A DNA stretch of 64,000 nt, taken from the human T2T-CHM13v2.0 reference genome, Homo sapiens. Position numbers and translations under genes: made by a program. Shown here piece after piece: positions 58,603 to 64,000 of this stretch. Every line of letters starts with the position of its first letter. The first letter of the stretch is position 1. The notes under the pieces were generated by a model, which made no database searches, was not told where the DNA came from, and was given only the letters and a program-made list of their open reading frames with translations. The stretch lies in NCBI RefSeq assembly GCF_009914755.1, contig NC_060926.1. The stretch is one strand, 5' to 3'.

Positions 58603-59570
58603 TTTTAGTTCTTCTTCAAATATTTGTGAGAATTCACCAGTGAAGCCATCTAGTCCAGGGCTTTTCTTTGTTGGGAAGTTTTTGATTTCTGATTAAATCC
58701 TGCTTGTTATAGGTATATTTAGATTTTCTCATTTTCTTGCATTAGTTTTGGTAGTTTGTGTCTTTCTAGGAATTTGTTAATTTGATCTGCAGAGTATTCT
58801 TTCATAATCCTTTCAATTTCTGTAAAGTTTGTAGTGATGTTTCTACTTTCACATCTGACTAAGTATTTTTGCTTCGTGATTAATTTTTTGTTAGTCAATT
58901 TACTTAATGATTGACTAATTTTATTGATCTTATCAAAGATCCAACTTTTGGTTGTACTGATTCTCTCTATTGTTTTTCTATGAACTATTTTGAATGTGGC
59001 TTTCTAAGATTAACTGTATTCAGTGCTTTTGGATGTTGTAATTTCCTACAGAAACTCTTTCCCAGCTTTGCTTCCCAGGCTTTAGGGAGTCTTTTGTACA
59101 TCACAACTACAATCTTTTGCCCCAGATAACTGGGCTTTTGATTCATCATCAAATGTTTTTGAGCAATGCCTTCTCCTTTTTCTCCTTGAGTTCTGAGTTA
59201 GGTGAAAGAGAGATAAGCATCTTCCGCAGTCCTTCATGTAGCCTCTAGACTAGTTAGAACAGACAAACACACGAATTTTCAAATAAAGTCTGCTCAGCTC
59301 CATTAAGAACCAGGGACAAGGACTGCACTGGAAATGCAGGGTGTCACTTTCAAGTCTGCAGCAGAACTAGGAAGGGTAGCCAAGGGCAACTGAAAATGCC
59401 ACAAACTTTTTCTACTATTTTTATGTTGCTTTTTTCTTGATTCAACATTCACTTACTTCCTGTATGCTTTTGACCATTTTCTGGGGCTGTGACAAAGCGG
59501 TTTCTTATAATTCTGCTTGCTTTTTGATGTTTTTGTGGAGGAACAGGTGTTTCGAGCCACTTGCTCCATC
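58603..59570 (-). mobile_element. Older L1M fragments (ORF2 piece, then 5'-region-like sequence)
   Basis: gaattcaccagtgaagccatctagtcc is antisense ORF2. The downstream part resembles L1M 5' regions (tentative). Confidence 0.55.
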
Positions 59571-59722
59571 AGTTTGCTTACCTCACCTATCCAAATTTAT
59601 TTTTGATCCCAGAATTTAATTCTATGATAGTGATTATCAGTTTTGGCCTCAACTTTCAGCCACTTTATAAAATTGGGCCTTTTGACATTTGGCCAAAATG
59701 TGTATTCATTTCACCTTATTAT

Positions 59723-60523
59723 TGAAATGGGAGGAATTTTCCCTTATCCCCCTAGCATGGCCAGCGACAGGGACGGGGGTGTGGCTGAGTTCTTCAGTGC
59801 CCCACAGCTCGAAACCCTAGGGGGACCAGGCAGACGGGCAGGCCATGGGGAGCATTTTTGGGCTTCGACTCTATGGCGATGTCTAGGGTTGAGAGTTTAC
59901 AGCTCCCAAAGCCCCAGTGGGTGTGTATTACAGTGTGCTCTTTCAGTTTTGCCGTCCACAGGTGGCTTGTGTTAAACAGCTCAGTTAGACCCTCGCTTTA
60001 TCGCAAGGACAGAGGGATTTCTGTATCTTGGGTGCTTGCCTTAGTGTACCGAAAAAATCAGATCACGCTTGGGCTTGGAGGATGGGTGCAAGGTTTTATT
60101 GAGTGCTGGAAGTAGCTCTCAGCAGATGGATGGGGAGCCAGAAGGGGGATGGCGTGGGAAGATGGTCCTTCCGTGGAGTCTGGCCTCTCAGCAGCCAGGC
60201 TCTTCTCCAACCGCCTGCCCTTGGCCGAATTCCCCTCTGCATTCGCGTCGTTCTGCCCTCCATGGCCTGCGAGCGTCTGTTGGTGGGTGTGTTTCTCTGG
60301 AAATCCAGCCACTTGTACGTGCCCGCTAGGGCCTCGGGGTTTTTATAGGCACAGGATGAGGGGGTGTGGCAGGCCAAAGTGGTCTTGGCAAATGCAACAT
60401 TTGGGAACGAAAACAGGAGTGCCTGTCCTCACTTAGGTCTGTGGGCACAGGCCCAAGGATGGATCCCGTGGCAGGGACCCCATTCTTGTCTCCCCAGCAC
60501 TTTCCTGCAGCCCTCCCATATCT
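59723..60523 (-). mobile_element. ERV1 solo LTR (LTR1 family)
   Basis: GC-rich 800-bp block starting tgaaatgggaggaattttcccttatcccc and ending ctcccatatct. On the minus strand it has TATA (cctataaaa, ~60341-60349) and AATAAA (~60095-60100). Confidence 0.8.
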
Positions 60524-60990
60524 TTAGGAACTTTGGAAAATGTTCAGTCTTGTCACAATCTTGATTTATTCCTTCTTCTTCCAAAACATAAATATGAGGA
60601 GTATTAATGAGGTTGTCTAATTTACGTTTTGGAGAAATTAATGGATTCTTGGCTTGGCTATCTGCAGTATTTACTCATGTCTGAACCTTAAGCAAACCTG
60701 CTTTCACATTTATGTCTTGATCTGTAGTCTAACACTTGACTCAATTTAATAATGCCCAAAAGAAGATTAAAATGCTCTTTATTTGATAAAATAGTAATTT
60801 CTAGCATAATGATTTCAAGACAAAATTTTTAAAAATGGAAGTGGTAACAAAAATAACCTTGTTGAGTTCAAACCCGATATAGTTTCTAAGACCAACAAAC
60901 AAAAAATAGTTTTTAAACTTCTTCATTTTTAAAAATAGAAAGCTTATTTACATTTATAATATAAGAAACATTCTTGAACTGAAGTGTAAT

Positions 60991-61597
60991 GCAAATAGGA
61001 ACAGTGGTTATGTTTTAGAGGATGCTGTCACTTGAGTAGTTTCACCCATCAGACAAAGAAACAAGGATGGCAGAAAACACAGCACCCTTTTCATGTGTAA
61101 AATGTGACTTGTCACCTGTCAAACTCTGAATGATAATCTGGAACTCAACTAGTTGGCAATTTGAAAAGTACACACAAATATTTATCCAATATGGCACACA
61201 AAACAACTACCATTTTGGAGAGCCTTGAGGCAGTATCTCATTAATTTTAAGATGTGCATACATTACTATCTAGAAATGCCCACAGTTAGGTAGCTACCTT
61301 AGAAAAATTTTCAAATACTTGTCACAAGGACACATGTAACACAATGTTCTTTTCAGAATTCTATAACACAAAATAATCATAGAAAATCAAAATTATTACA
61401 ATTAGAGAAAAAAAATTAAATGGTTGCTCTTCTTTCCATCCATGAGTTTAAAATAATATATCAAATTAATAAGCATAGATAAATGAATGAGATCTACATG
61501 TATTAACATTGATATAAACATTACACTGAGTGAAAAGTTGTAGAAAGATACATTTCATCAGTTACATATATTTGAGAAACACAGGAAATACTATATA
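60991..61597 (+). repeat. Left arm of a ~600-bp inverted duplication
   Basis: Reverse complement of 63007-63601. Positions 61123-61255 are identical to the other arm. Confidence 0.95.
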
Positions 61598-62709
61598 TTC
61601 CCTCAAATGTTTTTGAGCAATGCCTTCTCCTTTTTCTCCTTGATTGAGTTCTGAGTTAGGTGAAACAGAGATAAGCCATCACTTCTTTTTTCATCCTAGG
61701 GTGAAATTTGATATCACCCTATGATATTTGTTATTTGAACAATAAGAATATTTTTTCATAAGTATTTTCTTTAGTTGTCCCCAAATAAGTTAATATTACA
61801 AATATAGAATAGGCTTGTTTACATTAAAAACACCCTTCTCCATCAAAGAAATTGTGATGGTTGTACTGCCCTTTCACCCCTTAGGTGGTTGCACTGCCCT
61901 TTCACCCCTCCTTCCTACTCCCACCCTGGATAAGCCACAGCTCCGGGGCACGTGAGAGTAATTTCTTATAAGATTTCTCTGTGATAGACTTCAGAAGACA
62001 AGTTATATACTCATGAGATTCTGAAATTGTAAAATATTAGTGCCAAAAATCCCTCAAGAACTGAATTATCTTTTACAACACCTCAATGAAAAGACTAAGA
62101 ACTGAAGGTTAGTGGGGTGTATTCACCTTTCTAGGGTCACATAATGAAGCAGGGCATGTAATACACAGCAATAAAGGAGAAGAAAGGGATTAAATGCTGA
62201 AGTAAGTGGTGAGGTTAACAATTCTAAAAAAGGCAGAAACAAAATTGATTTGAGTTGTTTAAAGGTTACTTAACATTTCATGTAAACTTTCATAGTACAG
62301 AAAACTATAGGAAAGCATTCCAAATTTGCGGACCACAGTCTGATAAAAGAAATGAATAGCTTATTCTTAAACAAGATCTGTTTGGCCCATCTAGGAAGTT
62401 ATGCTGGGAAAGACATGAAATTAACACGCATTAAGAGATAGACCCTCTATCTGTGCAATGTTTCTTCTCTCATAATTAAGAAAAATCCACTGAATTCATG
62501 CCAGGAAGTCTGTCTGACCCTGATGCCTACCTTACTGTCACCATAAAACACTGTCTTCCAGGATGTTGGGGAATGGAGAGATTGAATGGGTGTACATTTT
62601 GGGAAAAAAAACTTCAAAGGCAAATATTTTGTGTGCGGCTTTAATGCTAAGACCAGCAATTAGCTATTGAGGATAATTATACCATGGGGCTAACTTCTAT
62701 GACATTTAA

Positions 62710-63385
62710 ATTCGTTTTCATTGTGAATCATTTCAGCCATATAAAAAAGAATAGCAATATAAAAAATAATCCATGTGTTTACTAATATGATTTATGAAAT
62801 GTTGACATTTTGCTGTATTTGTTTCATGTTGTTTTTGTTTATCTTAGAAGTTTTAGATAAGATAAAAGCTCCTCCTCTTTTTGTTCCCCATCTTTCAGTC
62901 CCAGAAGTAACCATTTCCTGAAGCAACTATTTTGGTGTGTGGCCTCCTGAAGCTACTTCATTCTTTACAACATGTCTACCCTATATATTCTTATGTGTAT
63001 AAAGCCTATATAATATTTCCTGTGTTTCTCAAATATATGTAACTGATAAAATATATCCTTTTGCAACTTTTCAATGTAATGGTTATATCAATGTTGGTAC
63101 ATGTAGCTCTCATTCATTTATCTATGCTTATTAATTTGATGTATTATTTTAAACTAGTTGATTGAAGGAATAGCAAGCATTTAATTTTTTTCTCTAATTG
63201 TAATAATTTTGTTTTTCTATGATTTTTTTATTATAGAATTCTGAAAAGAACATTGTGTTACATGTGTCCTTGTGACAAATTTTTCTAAGGTAGCTACCTA
63301 ATTGTGGACATTTCTAGATAGTAATGTATGAACATCTTAAAATTAATGAGATACTGCCTCAAGGCTCTCCAAAATGGTAGTTGTT
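62710..63385 (-). mobile_element. Ancient L1ME-like 3' fragment overlapping the right arm
   Basis: tcccagaagtaacc ... tttctaaggtagctaccta ... gagatactgcc ... gctctccaaaatggtag resembles L1ME3/4 antisense. Confidence 0.55.
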
Positions 63386-63601
63386 TTGTGTGCCATATTG
63401 GATAAATATTTGTGTGTACTTTTCAAATTGCCAACTAGTTGAGTTCCAGATTATCATTCAGAGTCTGACAGGTAACAAGTCACATTTTACACATGAAAAG
63501 GGTGCTGTGTTCTCTGCCATATTTGTTTTTTTTCTTTGTCTGATGGGTGAAACTACTCAAGTCACAGCATCTTCTAAAGTATACCCACTGTTCCTATTTG
63601 C
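63007..63601 (-). repeat. Right arm of a ~600-bp inverted duplication
   Basis: Reverse complement of 60991-61597. Confidence 0.95.
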
Positions 63602-64000
63602 TATTTTTTGCTTTTTGTGATACAAAAAGAAGGGGTAGGAATTTGCTACATGACCTTGTTCCATGCATATTTGCTACATGAGTCACATGTACACCTGTGA
63701 CCTCCTGCAAGAATGCAATCAGTACCAGAGAAAGAATTTGCCCTCAAACCTCCTCCATGAGCTGATAAAGATTCCTGAGTCCTACTGACTGCTTGAATTG
63801 TCTAATGGATAAGATGTAGAGTCTTTTTAGTGGACTAATTGGTATCCTGTCACATGTTAAAGATACCCAAAAATATGAATTGTCCAAATATACTAGAAGT
63901 CATTTAGTCATTGAAGGTTTACCACCCAGAGGCCAAAATCCATTCAAGCGTCAAACAACTGTGTCTCACTCCTTCAATTTTACCCTGATGGAAAATGGAT

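Overview
This is primate (human-like) non-coding DNA, AT-rich and dominated by interspersed repeats. It holds seven Alus, a full-length but inactivated L1PA4-like element (40147-46223), a 5'-truncated L1PA2-like insertion, older L1M/L1PB, L2, MIR and L3 fragments, several solo LTRs (MER61-, MER39-, LTR1-, LTR47-, MER54-, THE1D- and MLT1-like) and DNA transposons (MER20, MER53, MER63, Tigger4). I find no credible host protein-coding exon, RNA gene or CRISPR array. The listed ORFs are L1 fragments, Alu/LTR-derived or chance. I see no new multi-gene system. The most interesting signals are structural: (1) the full-length L1 carries a ~0.5 kb 3' transduction (Alu + MIR + AATAAA + polyA) inside its target-site duplication; (2) its antisense ORF0 frame is open for 178 codons; (3) a ~600-bp inverted duplication at 61.0/63.0 kb has a 133-bp perfectly identical core and a templated 75-bp insertion at its junction; (4) a ~150-bp local templated duplication lies inside an L2; (5) a MER61-like LTR carries a 19/20 p53 response element. 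Repeat subfamily names come from remembered consensus sequences, not a database search. Boundaries of ancient repeats are approximate.
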